From: Escherichia phage vB_Eco_F27
Sequence record: OP870146.1
Length of the DNA: 64,000 nt
Direction: 5' to 3' (one strand)
The notes under the pieces are model-generated. The model saw only the letters and a list, made by a program, of their open reading frames with translations. It was not told the origin of the DNA and searched no databases. A program made the position numbers and the translations under genes. Positions 20,307 through 29,383 of the stretch are shown here, one piece after another (the stretch's first letter is position 1; each line of letters starts with the position of its first letter).

Positions 20307-21302
20307 TCATTCCTTAAGAAGTTTTACTACTTGAATAAGATTAGCTCGTTCTGTTTTATTTTTACCGTTTAAGCCTGCTAATCGTGAGATTTCATCGTCA
20401 GTCTGTTGAATAGTTACATTAAGTTCGTTAATCAAAGCTTCAAAGTATTTGATTTGCTCAGCATGTTTTGATTCAAATTTCTGAACCGGAATAACGTCTT
20501 GATTCAGTTCATCAATAAGGTCTTTAAGAGCATCTTCTTGGTTGATATCATATTCAACTTCTTTTATTTCTTCAACGAGCTCGTCTTTATATCTAACGTC
20601 TTTTAGTCCTGGAGCTGGTCCTAAAATCTCTTCTTTAAGAGTACAAACATATCCAATACGATATCCAGTGCCGTCTCGCTTGATATCAACTTCGTCGATA
20701 AATCCACAATGTTTAAGACCAGAGCCGATTAGGTTAAAATATCCTTGACGTCGTCCTTCAAACGTTACGCGAACTACTAAGACAGTTTTACCTGCAACCT
20801 TTTGAAGCTCACATTTATAAAAGTCAGTTGAACCTGAATAACGTGGATGAGTTTTAAAGTTCATCTGACGATCTAGGCCCATTTGTAAACGTGCTGATAC
20901 GGCCAGAAAACGTGTTTGGTTCTCGTTAAGATGAGCAACAATCTGTTTCAAAGGCATTTTACCATGTTCACGACCGAACAAATCAGTACGTCCTAAATTA
21001 CGCAGGATATTGTTAGAGTTAATCATCGACAGAACGTTAAGTTTATTCAGCGCGCTGAAGATTCCATCAGCCATTGATTTTCCATAACCTTTACACGCTT
21101 TAATAAGTGCTCGCGGCAGATTAGTATAGATTTCAGACGGCATATGAAAATCAAATTTACTAACCAGTAATTGATGAACTTGGATAGAAATTTGTTCATA
21201 ATTAAGTGCTCTGCGATCATTATGGTCTTTAAACCACACTTTAATCTGTGAAGCACATAAACCATTAATTTCATGTTTTACCGCATCAGATGTAATGCTC
21301 AT
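20307..21302 (-). CDS. hypothetical 331-aa protein with a C-terminal coiled coil
   Basis: No motif recognised. C-terminal heptad-like segment. Confidence 0.5.
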   Translation of the reverse strand: MSITSDAVKHEINGLCASQIKVWFKDHNDRRALNYEQISIQVHQLLVSKFDFHMPSEIYTNLPRALIKACKGYGKSMADGIFSALNKLNVLSMINSNNILRNLGRTDLFGREHGKMPLKQIVAHLNENQTRFLAVSARLQMGLDRQMNFKTHPRYSGSTDFYKCELQKVAGKTVLVVRVTFEGRRQGYFNLIGSGLKHCGFIDEVDIKRDGTGYRIGYVCTLKEEILGPAPGLKDVRYKDELVEEIKEVEYDINQEDALKDLIDELNQDVIPVQKFESKHAEQIKYFEALINELNVTIQQTDDEISRLAGLNGKNKTERANLIQVVKLLKE

Positions 21303-21364
21303 AACTATTTCCTCAGATTGAATTGGAACTCAAAACCATTATAACCCGTCCTTGGGTAAAGCGT

Positions 21365-21889
21365 TTATGCGTGAACCGTCTTTAAACGTTCTTCAAATTT
21401 CCGAAGAAGTGCTTGGCGTTCTGCTCGTTGTTCCATATAAGTTTTAATACGACCTGAAGTGAGGGCGTATTGTTCGTTTACCGATTCCTTCATAAAATCA
21501 GGAATCTCACGACAAGTTTTGATTTCGTCGAACTTGTCAATAACTGCTTGTTGTTCTGCAATCAGATTATTGTAGTATTCGATATCTGATTTAATGTTTT
21601 GGATATCAGACTCAGTAGGCATGTTACGTGCTTTACGTTTTGCCTGATATTCTGCGTTTGTAGCACGACTCCAGTGAAGAGTACGTTTTTTGTTAGTGTT
21701 TTTGTAGACTTCCACAATTCCAACTGAATCGATGATAACAATCCAATTCCAGCGAGATTTGAAAATCTGACCTCCGTCCACGGTAATCTCGTTACCATAA
21801 GCAACATCATTAAAGAACTTGCTTTGTGCTTCAGATTTAAATTTACCGTCGTTATAATTTACCAGGTTGAAAATATCTTTAGCGTTCAT
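21365..21889 (-). CDS. hypothetical
   Basis: 174 aa ORF. Early-promoter-like element at 21903..21950 upstream. Confidence 0.45.
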   Translation of the reverse strand: MNAKDIFNLVNYNDGKFKSEAQSKFFNDVAYGNEITVDGGQIFKSRWNWIVIIDSVGIVEVYKNTNKKRTLHWSRATNAEYQAKRKARNMPTESDIQNIKSDIEYYNNLIAEQQAVIDKFDEIKTCREIPDFMKESVNEQYALTSGRIKTYMEQRAERQALLRKFEERLKTVHA

Positions 21890-21947
21890 GTTTTACCTCC
21901 AGTAGTTGATAGGTCTATAATAACATAACCGTAGACCTTGTAAACAA

Positions 21948-22235
21948 CTAAAAGAAACTTTTTTCGGTATTTTTTCCACTGAACCAAACAGACTTCGGTA
22001 TTTTCTGTAATTTTTCAGATTTAAGTTTCTCTTCCCGTTCTTTCTTATATACACCCTTGTCGTACTGGAGCATCTCTATGGCATTCTTTTGCAAACGATC
22101 TAAGGTAATTAAGGCTTTAGTTTTTCCTTTCAAGGAAGAGTCCTGGCGAACCTCCTCGCTATATTGCATTGTAGAACTAACCATATGATGAGCATAGAGT
22201 TCGACTGCGGCTTTAATTTTTTGCATAAAATCCAT
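21948..22235 (-). CDS. hypothetical
   Basis: 95 aa ORF. Confidence 0.4.
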   Translation of the reverse strand: MDFMQKIKAAVELYAHHMVSSTMQYSEEVRQDSSLKGKTKALITLDRLQKNAIEMLQYDKGVYKKEREEKLKSEKLQKIPKSVWFSGKNTEKSFF

Positions 22236-22373
22236 AACATATCCTCTTTGATTTGTACATCATTATTTTTAAATATTTCTATGCCCTAAGTAGGTTCCTG
22301 GTGTCCTTCTTTGAGGTAAGCCATATGATTATTCATCTTTATGGCTTTTGTTACCTCAGAACTTCCTATAAGC

Positions 22374-23375
22374 TTATTTCAGTAAAGTTACTTCAGAGAT
22401 TTCCTCCCAACCATCTTTATCAGTTGAAATAAAATCTGCTACATAAAGAGCCGTACGTAATGATACATTGCGAAGACGAGATACGTTAGCCTTCATCCAG
22501 GACAATGCTTTATACGTTTCTGCATCCGTCAGACCACGTTTCTGCATCATGTCAGTAGATAATATTACATCTTCAACTCGAACCATAATCTCTTCATTAG
22601 AGTGTACTCCAAGGTCGAGATACACTGAACGAGATACTAAAGCTTGAAGGTGCGGAGCAAGTTTCGAACCGCGTTCTAACTCTTTATCGATATCAACGTT
22701 TGTAATGAAAACGATAGTACCTTCAAACTCAAATTCTTTATCAATACCCTTATCATCGAGATAAGATGACGCAGTGCTCCAACAAACTTTGCGTTTATCT
22801 CCGGTATCTAATGCTGCTTTAAGAAGGTTCAAGATGTCCATATCTGAGAATACATCAACGTCGTCGATTAAGAGAACGCTGTCTGCATCACGGTTGAGCC
22901 AAAGTTGTTCGTAAAGGCCAATACCAGAGATTTTACCATTAATGCTTTTGTATTTGATGAAACCATTATCATTAGCATTATTAAGTGCTTTATCCAGAGA
23001 ATACGTCTTACCAATACCGGCTGCACCTGAAATAATGAGTGAACGAATTTTGCCATCGATAATGCCATTCGTCATCATGTTCATTACTTTAAAGCGTTTG
23101 TTGATACGAGTTTTCATATCTTCAGTGCTTTCAACAACTGCAACTGGTGGTGTCTCAACTCCTTCCATTACGATGTCTGATTTGAAGACCCATACTCCAC
23201 GTTCAGAACCATCAATCATAACGAAAATTTTACCATCACCTAAGTGGGAACATTCAGGATTAAGCTTTGCCGGGAACCATGTCTTTGTGGCAACATAAGA
23301 ACCAGAGATTTCGTTATTACGATAGATACCTTTTTTGATTTGAACGTTGAACATTTTATTCTCCAATTTACTCAT
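22374..23375 (-). CDS. AAA+/P-loop ATPase of unknown function
   Basis: 333 aa. Walker A GAAGIGKT and Walker B VLLIDDVD in the central region, with a ~110-aa N-terminal extra domain. Confidence 0.65.
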   Translation of the reverse strand: MSKLENKMFNVQIKKGIYRNNEISGSYVATKTWFPAKLNPECSHLGDGKIFVMIDGSERGVWVFKSDIVMEGVETPPVAVVESTEDMKTRINKRFKVMNMMTNGIIDGKIRSLIISGAAGIGKTYSLDKALNNANDNGFIKYKSINGKISGIGLYEQLWLNRDADSVLLIDDVDVFSDMDILNLLKAALDTGDKRKVCWSTASSYLDDKGIDKEFEFEGTIVFITNVDIDKELERGSKLAPHLQALVSRSVYLDLGVHSNEEIMVRVEDVILSTDMMQKRGLTDAETYKALSWMKANVSRLRNVSLRTALYVADFISTDKDGWEEISEVTLLK

Positions 23376-23423
23376 TTCGTTTCGATAGGTCTATAATAAC
23401 ATGTTTAAAGCAAAAGTAAACAA

Positions 23424-23642
23424 TTATTTGCGACGAGATTTTTTGGTAAGAGGTTGAAAGAACACTGCTTTACCTGCTGGGGATAAGGTGACTCGTAATG
23501 CATTACCGATTCCTAAGGATGCTTTAACTAAACCTTTAGCTTTCAGTTCACCAAATGCTTGACGTTGGTCTGCATCACGAGTGTTAACCATAAGACCTTT
23601 ATCACCTGCTTCACGAATCATTTCTAACATTTTGGTTTTCAT
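23424..23642 (-). CDS. hypothetical small basic protein
   Basis: The 91-aa ORF is trimmed to MKTKMLEMIREAG... (ATG 23642, GAGGAGAAC SD). The upstream promoter element is tgataggtctataataacat. Confidence 0.4.
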   Translation of the reverse strand: MKTKMLEMIREAGDKGLMVNTRDADQRQAFGELKAKGLVKASLGIGNALRVTLSPAGKAVFFQPLTKKSRRK

Positions 23643-23728
23643 TTTGTTCTCCTCTTGTTTTGATAGGTCTATAATAACATATCCTAAAAGCATGTACACT
23701 ACTTTTTAAAAATATTTTAACCCCCTAA

Positions 23729-23745
23729 AGGGACCCGAAGGTCCC
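23729..23745 (-). other. GGGACC-UUCG-GGUCCC hairpin at the 3' end of the NTase/TM operon
   Basis: Plus gggacccgaaggtcccc. On the minus strand this is a GC stem with a UUCG loop followed by UUU. Possible weak terminator or processing-stability element. Confidence 0.45.
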
Positions 23746-23750
23746 CACAT

Positions 23751-24032
23751 TTACTTATCGCACTTAGCAACATAATTAGGCATATCACAGAATACGGAGC
23801 GAGTAACTACTCGGCCCTTTGACCATGCTTCAGTTGCTTGTCCGGCCGTGCTATTAATATAGCTTGATTTGATATTCTCAATACCCTGAGAATGTGATGC
23901 ATTTACCGAACCATTAGAAGGCCCAGAAGACTGGTTACCACCAGCTCCTGCACTACCGCTAGCTGCACCTGTGGTAGCGCCAACAGAGAATGCCATCATT
24001 ACTGCGAATAAACCAATTACTAATTTTTTCAT
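23751..24032 (-). CDS. small secreted Gly/Ser-rich protein
   Basis: Signal peptide MKKLVIGLFAVMMAFSVGA, then a low-complexity region. Confidence 0.5.
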   Translation of the reverse strand: MKKLVIGLFAVMMAFSVGATTGAASGSAGAGGNQSSGPSNGSVNASHSQGIENIKSSYINSTAGQATEAWSKGRVVTRSVFCDMPNYVAKCDK

Positions 24033-24063
24033 ATTTACCTCAAGTTAAGGGTTATTTATCTAC

Positions 24064-25053
24064 TTATTTATAGTAAGAATTATGATTTTCGAGATAGACT
24101 TGTTCAAGGAAGTCATCCCAGAAACTCATATCTACTTTTTGTTGCATACCGTTCTTAGTGGCTTGTTCCGATGCTTGTTCAACTTGGTCAACGATATCTT
24201 CTAGGAATTCTTGTACAGTTTTAAACGTATGTTTACCAAGCTTAACATCGAGAATAAATGGAGCATCCTGAAGTGGGTAAACCAGGTCGCCGGTTTTGTA
24301 AATTTCCAATAGTTGAAGTCCACCACGACATGCATGACTCAATGCTTTCCAGTCAATACCTTCGTTGGCTTCTGCCTTACGAGCACGTTCACCATAGTTC
24401 TCTTCCAGTTTAACCAGGATGGCATTGAACTCTTTATTGGTTAACGTGTCTTGGAATTTACGGTCTAACAGATTATAGAATGTTTGCTTACCTGTTTTCT
24501 CGTTTTCGGTTTCAACCCACGAAGCAAATTCACCTACAGGCAGAACATTCTTCATATGTGATAAACGAATTACTGCACCATTATCAAAGTATTGTCCCCA
24601 TTCATTAGAACGTTTAAGGGCTTGACGAAGAACAGCCAGTCGAGAACCCTTGACACCGTATTTAGAAGCTTGCTTACGGACATACCCTAAATAAGATTTC
24701 ATGTTAGTAGTATAGAAACGAGACCTGTTGTCTTGAATATACTTCCACACGTCAGGCAAATCAGATTTAACTACTAGACTTGGTGGAGTGTGAAGCATAT
24801 CTAATGCGACGGTTTCACCATCCGCAGCTAGTTTAAAGAAATATTTGAGACTATACAACTCATGGTCCACGTCGTCTTTTGTGTTCTTAGAAGATGTGTT
24901 ATTCGTGTTCTTGCTCATGTGTTCTTTAACGTTACCGGTCAAGATATCACGAGCATGAGGGACATAAATTTCTTTAAAATCGACGTCAGATTCAGGAGTA
25001 GACGTTCCATAAAGGTGGCTACCAAAGTAGCCTTTCATAATTGTTTTCATCAT
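24064..25053 (-). CDS. Pol-beta superfamily nucleotidyltransferase with an alpha-helical C-terminal domain
   Basis: 329 aa. N-terminal YFGSHLYGTSTPESDVDF (GS-x9-[DE]h[DE]h), a later VALDML acidic motif, and a ~200-aa helical C-domain. The start ATGATGA overlaps the stop of the upstream TM protein. Confidence 0.6.
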   Translation of the reverse strand: MMKTIMKGYFGSHLYGTSTPESDVDFKEIYVPHARDILTGNVKEHMSKNTNNTSSKNTKDDVDHELYSLKYFFKLAADGETVALDMLHTPPSLVVKSDLPDVWKYIQDNRSRFYTTNMKSYLGYVRKQASKYGVKGSRLAVLRQALKRSNEWGQYFDNGAVIRLSHMKNVLPVGEFASWVETENEKTGKQTFYNLLDRKFQDTLTNKEFNAILVKLEENYGERARKAEANEGIDWKALSHACRGGLQLLEIYKTGDLVYPLQDAPFILDVKLGKHTFKTVQEFLEDIVDQVEQASEQATKNGMQQKVDMSFWDDFLEQVYLENHNSYYK

Positions 25054-25523
25054 TTAGCCTTATATTCAAGAGTAGGACAGACTTTTTCTTTACGAGCTTT
25101 AAGGTATTCGCCTATTAATGATTTCTTACGTTCAATAGGCTCAAGTCCATTTTTAATTCGTTCTTGGTTTTGTGCAATGAGCTCAATTTCTTTATAATAT
25201 TTTCTGTCGTTATATTTGTCTAACAACCAAGACGGACCAATTACCAACCCGGTAGCAATAAAAGCCATGACTGCTACAATTAAAACGCCTACACCAATTG
25301 AGGCTGGAACTAATGTCCATAGACTGCTAAAAACAAAGAATTTAGTTAAAATTTCCTGGCCAATGATTGTGACTGCTGCTAAAATCGCAAATCCAATAAT
25401 TGAAACAGCTAATACCGGGATTAGCGTTTTCCAAAAATAAGCACACAACGTTTTCGGACGATTCCATGTACTATTGAACGCGGCATAAATTTTAAAGTGC
25501 CAAGAGTTTTCATTGATAATCAT
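25050..25523 (-). CDS. multi-pass membrane protein, translationally coupled to the nucleotidyltransferase
   Basis: 157 aa. TM segments LIPVLAVSIIGFAILAAVTIIG, FVFSSLWTLVPASIGVGVLIVAVMAFIATGLVIG, then a charged cytoplasmic tail. Confidence 0.55.
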   Translation of the reverse strand: MIINENSWHFKIYAAFNSTWNRPKTLCAYFWKTLIPVLAVSIIGFAILAAVTIIGQEILTKFFVFSSLWTLVPASIGVGVLIVAVMAFIATGLVIGPSWLLDKYNDRKYYKEIELIAQNQERIKNGLEPIERKKSLIGEYLKARKEKVCPTLEYKAK

Positions 25524-25532
25524 AATAATTCC

Positions 25533-26075
25533 TTATTTCAAAGTTGGGATAATAGAATCGAGATAAGCTTTAAGAGCAACTGCTTCATCTTTGTCTAATG
25601 TAATGATATGTTGACGAAGGTCATCAATTTGGCGAATAACTACGACATCACCGTCTTCATAAGAAGGATTAACGCCTAGGACTGTTGTATAGTCAGGGCG
25701 GTCCTGATTTGTAATAAAAGCATTACGGCATTTAGCCCATTGAAGTTTGGCCTTTTTGGCTGTTTCAGATTCCATTAATTCTTTCACCTTAGTGACGAAT
25801 GTTTTCCAATTATTGATAGAAAGGCATTCATCTTCTGTTTCGATATTAACCCCACTATAAAGACCGTGATAAAAACGAACTTGAAGGTCTTCATCAATGT
25901 TAATTACAGATGCATGGCCGGGCGGATTGAGTTTCAAAATCTTGTCCAGTTCCATAGGAAGAATAGTAACAGCATCATCTTCTTGTGTCAGAACGTAAGC
26001 ATAACCACGTTTTTCGATACATAAATCACCAAACAACTCAGTCGTTTCAATTACAGTTTTCATATTATTCACCAA
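25533..26075 (-). CDS. hypothetical (first gene of the same operon)
   Basis: 180 aa ORF ending 10 nt before the TM gene start. Confidence 0.45.
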   Translation of the reverse strand: MVNNMKTVIETTELFGDLCIEKRGYAYVLTQEDDAVTILPMELDKILKLNPPGHASVINIDEDLQVRFYHGLYSGVNIETEDECLSINNWKTFVTKVKELMESETAKKAKLQWAKCRNAFITNQDRPDYTTVLGVNPSYEDGDVVVIRQIDDLRQHIITLDKDEAVALKAYLDSIIPTLK

Positions 26076-26343
26076 TTAAAGTTTCAACAAAATTCACTAA
26101 AGCATTCTGGCAAGCATCAACCTGATTTCTATAAAAATTAAATAAGATCCATCAATTTATTAGCTTGTTCACGAGTCATTTTACCATGCTCGCTTCAATA
26201 AGATTCATTACACCATTTACCATGTTATAGGTAAACATCGGATAATTGTATTGTACTACAACATAAGCGATAAGCAAAAGTTTCATTTTGTTCTCCATTT
26301 GTTTTGGTAGGACTACTATAACATAGTCCTACCAAGTTGTAAA

Positions 26344-26577
26344 CTACCGATTGTGTTTTAAATGTTGATAAAGCTCTTCAACTTGTTTAGGGTCCAAAAC
26401 AATTAAGTCATTTTCTTGACGAAGATAAATCCATCCCTTATCCCCAGGACCATTTTTACAAAACATCACCACCATATCATCATCTTCAGCGCTTTCAGGT
26501 AAAAGTTCAAGTACACCGTCTTCAGATTTTCCAGTATAATCGTAAAGCATAATATCCTCACATAATCTCGTTAACAT
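26344..26577 (-). CDS. hypothetical acidic small protein
   Basis: 77 aa ORF. Confidence 0.4.
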   Translation of the reverse strand: MLTRLCEDIMLYDYTGKSEDGVLELLPESAEDDDMVVMFCKNGPGDKGWIYLRQENDLIVLDPKQVEELYQHLKHNR

Positions 26578-26737
26578 ACATTTGCAATTCGGTGTGGGCG
26601 TCAGCCATCTTTTTCATAGCTCTGTTAATGTCGATGTCTCCATCTTCGCAACCATGAGCATTTTCCCAATCAGATACCGCATTAGCGTACTCTTCAATCA
26701 AAAACATTAACTTAGAAATTTTTTCTTTACGTGACAT
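26558..26737 (-). CDS. hypothetical
   Basis: The 82-aa ORF is trimmed to MSRKEKISKL... (ATG 26737, GAGGAG SD). The promoter at 26765..26793 lies inside the untrimmed ORF. Confidence 0.4.
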   Translation of the reverse strand: MSRKEKISKLMFLIEEYANAVSDWENAHGCEDGDIDINRAMKKMADAHTELQMYVNEIM

Positions 26738-26764
26738 AACGTTCTCCTCTAGTAAGTAAGGTTT

Positions 26765-26793
26765 ACTATAACACAACCTGAGGAGAAGTAAAC
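26765..26793 (-). promoter_or_regulatory. T4-type early promoter GTTTAC-17-TATAGT
   Basis: Minus strand GTTTACttctcctcaggttgtgtTATAGT. Confidence 0.5.
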
Positions 26794-26803
26794 TGATAGA
26801 TGC

Positions 26804-26832
26804 CAAAAAGCCCCAACCTTTCGGAAGGGGCT
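26804..26832 (-). terminator. rho-independent terminator after rI (identical copy at 42083..42111)
   Basis: Minus strand AGCCCCuuccgaaaggUUGGGGCU then U6. Confidence 0.65.
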
Positions 26833-26838
26833 AGTAAA

Positions 26839-27141
26839 TTAGATAGATGTAGGCTCTAATTTTATTTTCATGAACTCGGCAAATTGTCTGGCAGTTTTTA
26901 TGCCTTGTTCATGACATTCAAATGCATCATCACAGGGGCTATTTTTGTAATGCTTTGCCATATACTTATAGAATTTTTCAGAATTCTCGACATTTTGAAT
27001 TTCAAACAAAGTATATACGTTTTTAATCCCTGATTCCATAAAGTTATCAAAATATGGGTCGATATATGCAGTACCAACGATAGGAGTTGTTGCTGCAAAA
27101 AACCCCAGCATCGCCATGACAGCTATCGCTCTTAAGGCCAT
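26839..27141 (-). CDS. rI: lysis-inhibition regulator RI
   Basis: 100 aa, N-terminal membrane anchor, DPYFDNFMESGIKNVYTLFE...CDDAFECHEQG. T4 RI-like. Confidence 0.85.
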   Translation of the reverse strand: MALRAIAVMAMLGFFAATTPIVGTAYIDPYFDNFMESGIKNVYTLFEIQNVENSEKFYKYMAKHYKNSPCDDAFECHEQGIKTARQFAEFMKIKLEPTSI

Positions 27142-27153
27142 ATAGGCCTCCTG

Positions 27154-27366
27154 TTAATTTTGGCCAGTATTTATTTTTCGCCTTTGGACGGCCTTAACAT
27201 CTGTGAGGTATTTTTCCAGCTTGCGCTTGCGTGTATAATCAGCTTTAGAACCAGTTTGACGGATATCCTCGTTTAAATGAGAAATAGAATGTCCTAATTC
27301 TCTTCGGATTTCATCCAATTTGGTTACAGTAAGATTACGAAGTTGTCTTTCGTTTAATTGCTGCAT
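27154..27366 (-). CDS. hypothetical (rI.1 position)
   Basis: 70 aa ORF. Confidence 0.45.
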   Translation of the reverse strand: MQQLNERQLRNLTVTKLDEIRRELGHSISHLNEDIRQTGSKADYTRKRKLEKYLTDVKAVQRRKINTGQN

Positions 27367-27393
27367 ATATACCTCTTGGTTAGATATTAGTAT

Positions 27394-27975
27394 TTATAAC
27401 AACCCTGTCAAATCGTTCCAATGCTTCCGGCATAATGACACATATCTATCGGTATCACCAATTTCAATTTGACTGCCATCTGTAATTGGAAGTCCGTCTT
27501 CCGTGACTCTAGCTACCATTGTGGCCTTTTTACCGCAATGACAGACACCTTTAAGTTCAACAAGCTTATCGGCAATAGCCATTAATGCTTGAGAACCTTC
27601 AAATAGATTACCTTTAAAATCTGTTCGTAGTCCATATGCCATTACCGGCACATTGTATACGTCAACAATACGACTAAGTTGATACACCTTTTCAGTAGTT
27701 AAGAACTGAGCTTCGTCAACAAATACGCAGTGAATATCCTTTTGTGCTGCAGCCCATTTATAGAATTCAAAGATATCCATGTCTTTTGTAATTATATTGG
27801 CGTCCTGGCGAATACCAATACGAGAGACTATTTCACCTTTTGAATCGCGAGTATCAATAGCCGGTTTAAGAACTAATACACCCATGCCACGTTCTTTATA
27901 GTTATGTGCGGCAGTAAGTAATGAAGCAGACTTACCAGCGTTCATAGCGGCATAGGTAAAAATTAAACTAGCCAT
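27394..27975 (-). CDS. tk: thymidine kinase
   Basis: 193 aa, P-loop AAMNAGKSASLL. T4 Tk-like. Confidence 0.95.
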   Translation of the reverse strand: MASLIFTYAAMNAGKSASLLTAAHNYKERGMGVLVLKPAIDTRDSKGEIVSRIGIRQDANIITKDMDIFEFYKWAAAQKDIHCVFVDEAQFLTTEKVYQLSRIVDVYNVPVMAYGLRTDFKGNLFEGSQALMAIADKLVELKGVCHCGKKATMVARVTEDGLPITDGSQIEIGDTDRYVSLCRKHWNDLTGLL

Positions 27976-27984
27976 AAGAGTCCC

Positions 27985-28167
27985 TTATAGTGAATTCACG
28001 TAGTCAATGAGTTCTTGTTCTTTCCTGTCAAATGATTCCAACAATGCTTGATATTCTTCGTCCGTCAAAGGAGCATATTCATCATACGCATTGGTGGCTG
28101 CTTGCTCATCCAATAGGTCATGGATAAGTTCAAACAGTTTAGTTTTCTCTTCTTTAGTCAATTTCAT
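27985..28167 (-). CDS. hypothetical (tk.1 position)
   Basis: 60 aa acidic ORF. Confidence 0.4.
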   Translation of the reverse strand: MKLTKEEKTKLFELIHDLLDEQAATNAYDEYAPLTDEEYQALLESFDRKEQELIDYVNSL

Positions 28168-28391
28168 TTAGGTTCACCTTCTTTAACGAAATCTGGGTAA
28201 GGGTAAAATCCTGAGTAAAACCCTTCACCTTTATGATTGCTACAACCTTTGTTCGAACAGTAACACCAATAATCAAAATCACAAGCCATTTCGTCATTGC
28301 ATAAAGCAAAAACTACAGGCCATTCGCATTTTTCGCATTTAGCACCTGTAAGAATTTTTGTTTGACTCATAGCCATGTCACCTTTAAGCAA
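28164..28391 (-). CDS. Cys-rich small protein (tk.2 position)
   Basis: 75 aa with CEKCEW...C..C...CYCSNKGCSNH. Confidence 0.4.
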   Translation of the reverse strand: MLKGDMAMSQTKILTGAKCEKCEWPVVFALCNDEMACDFDYWCYCSNKGCSNHKGEGFYSGFYPYPDFVKEGEPK

Positions 28392-28594
28392 TATTCTTCT
28401 ACATGTTGTTTACGGCCTTTCTTATCAATAAAGGTATATTCAACGAATGTTCCGATGTAGTCTTTATCTACATCATGTGGACTATTAATTGGACATTTAG
28501 TACGACAAATGCGTTCCCATTGACGAATAATTACTGCCTTATTCTTTGGATCATATGGATGTGGATAATGTATATTCATAATAACGGTTCCCAA
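28367..28594 (-). CDS. hypothetical (tk.3 position)
   Basis: 75 aa ORF. Confidence 0.4.
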   Translation of the reverse strand: MGTVIMNIHYPHPYDPKNKAVIIRQWERICRTKCPINSPHDVDKDYIGTFVEYTFIDKKGRKQHVEEYCLKVTWL

Positions 28595-29073
28595 TCAACA
28601 ATCACAATTTCTAGTTTAGTGGAATACGTATCTAAAATCTCTTCGATGACATCCCAGTTTCCACCACCAATACCTGCACCAATTCTTGGCATATAAATTA
28701 CAGGCTTTGTTATCTTATTCTTTCCGAATTCATTTAATTCTATTATACAATTCATTAAAGCAGAGTACTCAAAATTAGGTCCCGGCTCAAACTGTGTATA
28801 AAGATTAAAGCAATAAGCTTTATGGGTCTTAAAATATTTTTCATAAACCGAATAAGTCCAGAGTTTAGACTTGTCTCCGAATTCGGTTTGAAGTTTATCG
28901 GCTTCCAGAATTTTTGGATAAGCCTTTGCTAATTGCCCTGCCACACCAGCGCCCATTGTATGAAAACAATTACACCCATGAGCAATATTATTACCTTTAG
29001 AAAACAGGGCGACAATATCGCCCTTGATATAGTTTTTAATCACTTGCTGCAAGTCCTCTATTATAAGAGTCAA
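28576..29073 (-). CDS. macro-domain (ADP-ribose binding/processing) protein, tk.4 position
   Basis: 165 aa with NIAHGCNCFHTMGAGVAGQLAKAYP, which matches the macrodomain N-x6-G-G-G-V pocket pattern. Confidence 0.65.
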   Translation of the reverse strand: MTLIIEDLQQVIKNYIKGDIVALFSKGNNIAHGCNCFHTMGAGVAGQLAKAYPKILEADKLQTEFGDKSKLWTYSVYEKYFKTHKAYCFNLYTQFEPGPNFEYSALMNCIIELNEFGKNKITKPVIYMPRIGAGIGGGNWDVIEEILDTYSTKLEIVIVDWEPLL

Positions 29074-29383
29074 CTAAACGGTCCACCATAGAATTGCATG
29101 CTGCCTTATCTTTAGGTTCCGCCACCGAGCATTCTAATATTTGCCATTTTTTATAGTATCTTTTAATTAAGGTAGACGCCTTGAACCTACTAGACGCCCC
29201 ATCTTTTTCTCCGTCTTTATAAGCGTATAACAATTTTTGTGAAAAATCTACTTTACACTCTTGACTTTTACCACAATAATCAGACGCCGTTCTGTTTGTA
29301 TACTCCGTTACATCAGTATATGTAGTATTAGCAAGAGCGTTAAATGAAACCAAGCCAACTATTAAAGCCAACATTTTGGTCAT
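29036..29383 (-). CDS. secreted small protein (vs position)
   Basis: 115 aa, signal peptide MTKMLALIVGLVSFNALA. Confidence 0.45.
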   Translation of the reverse strand: MTKMLALIVGLVSFNALANTTYTDVTEYTNRTASDYCGKSQECKVDFSQKLLYAYKDGEKDGASSRFKASTLIKRYYKKWQILECSVAEPKDKAACNSMVDRLVDSYNRGLAASD

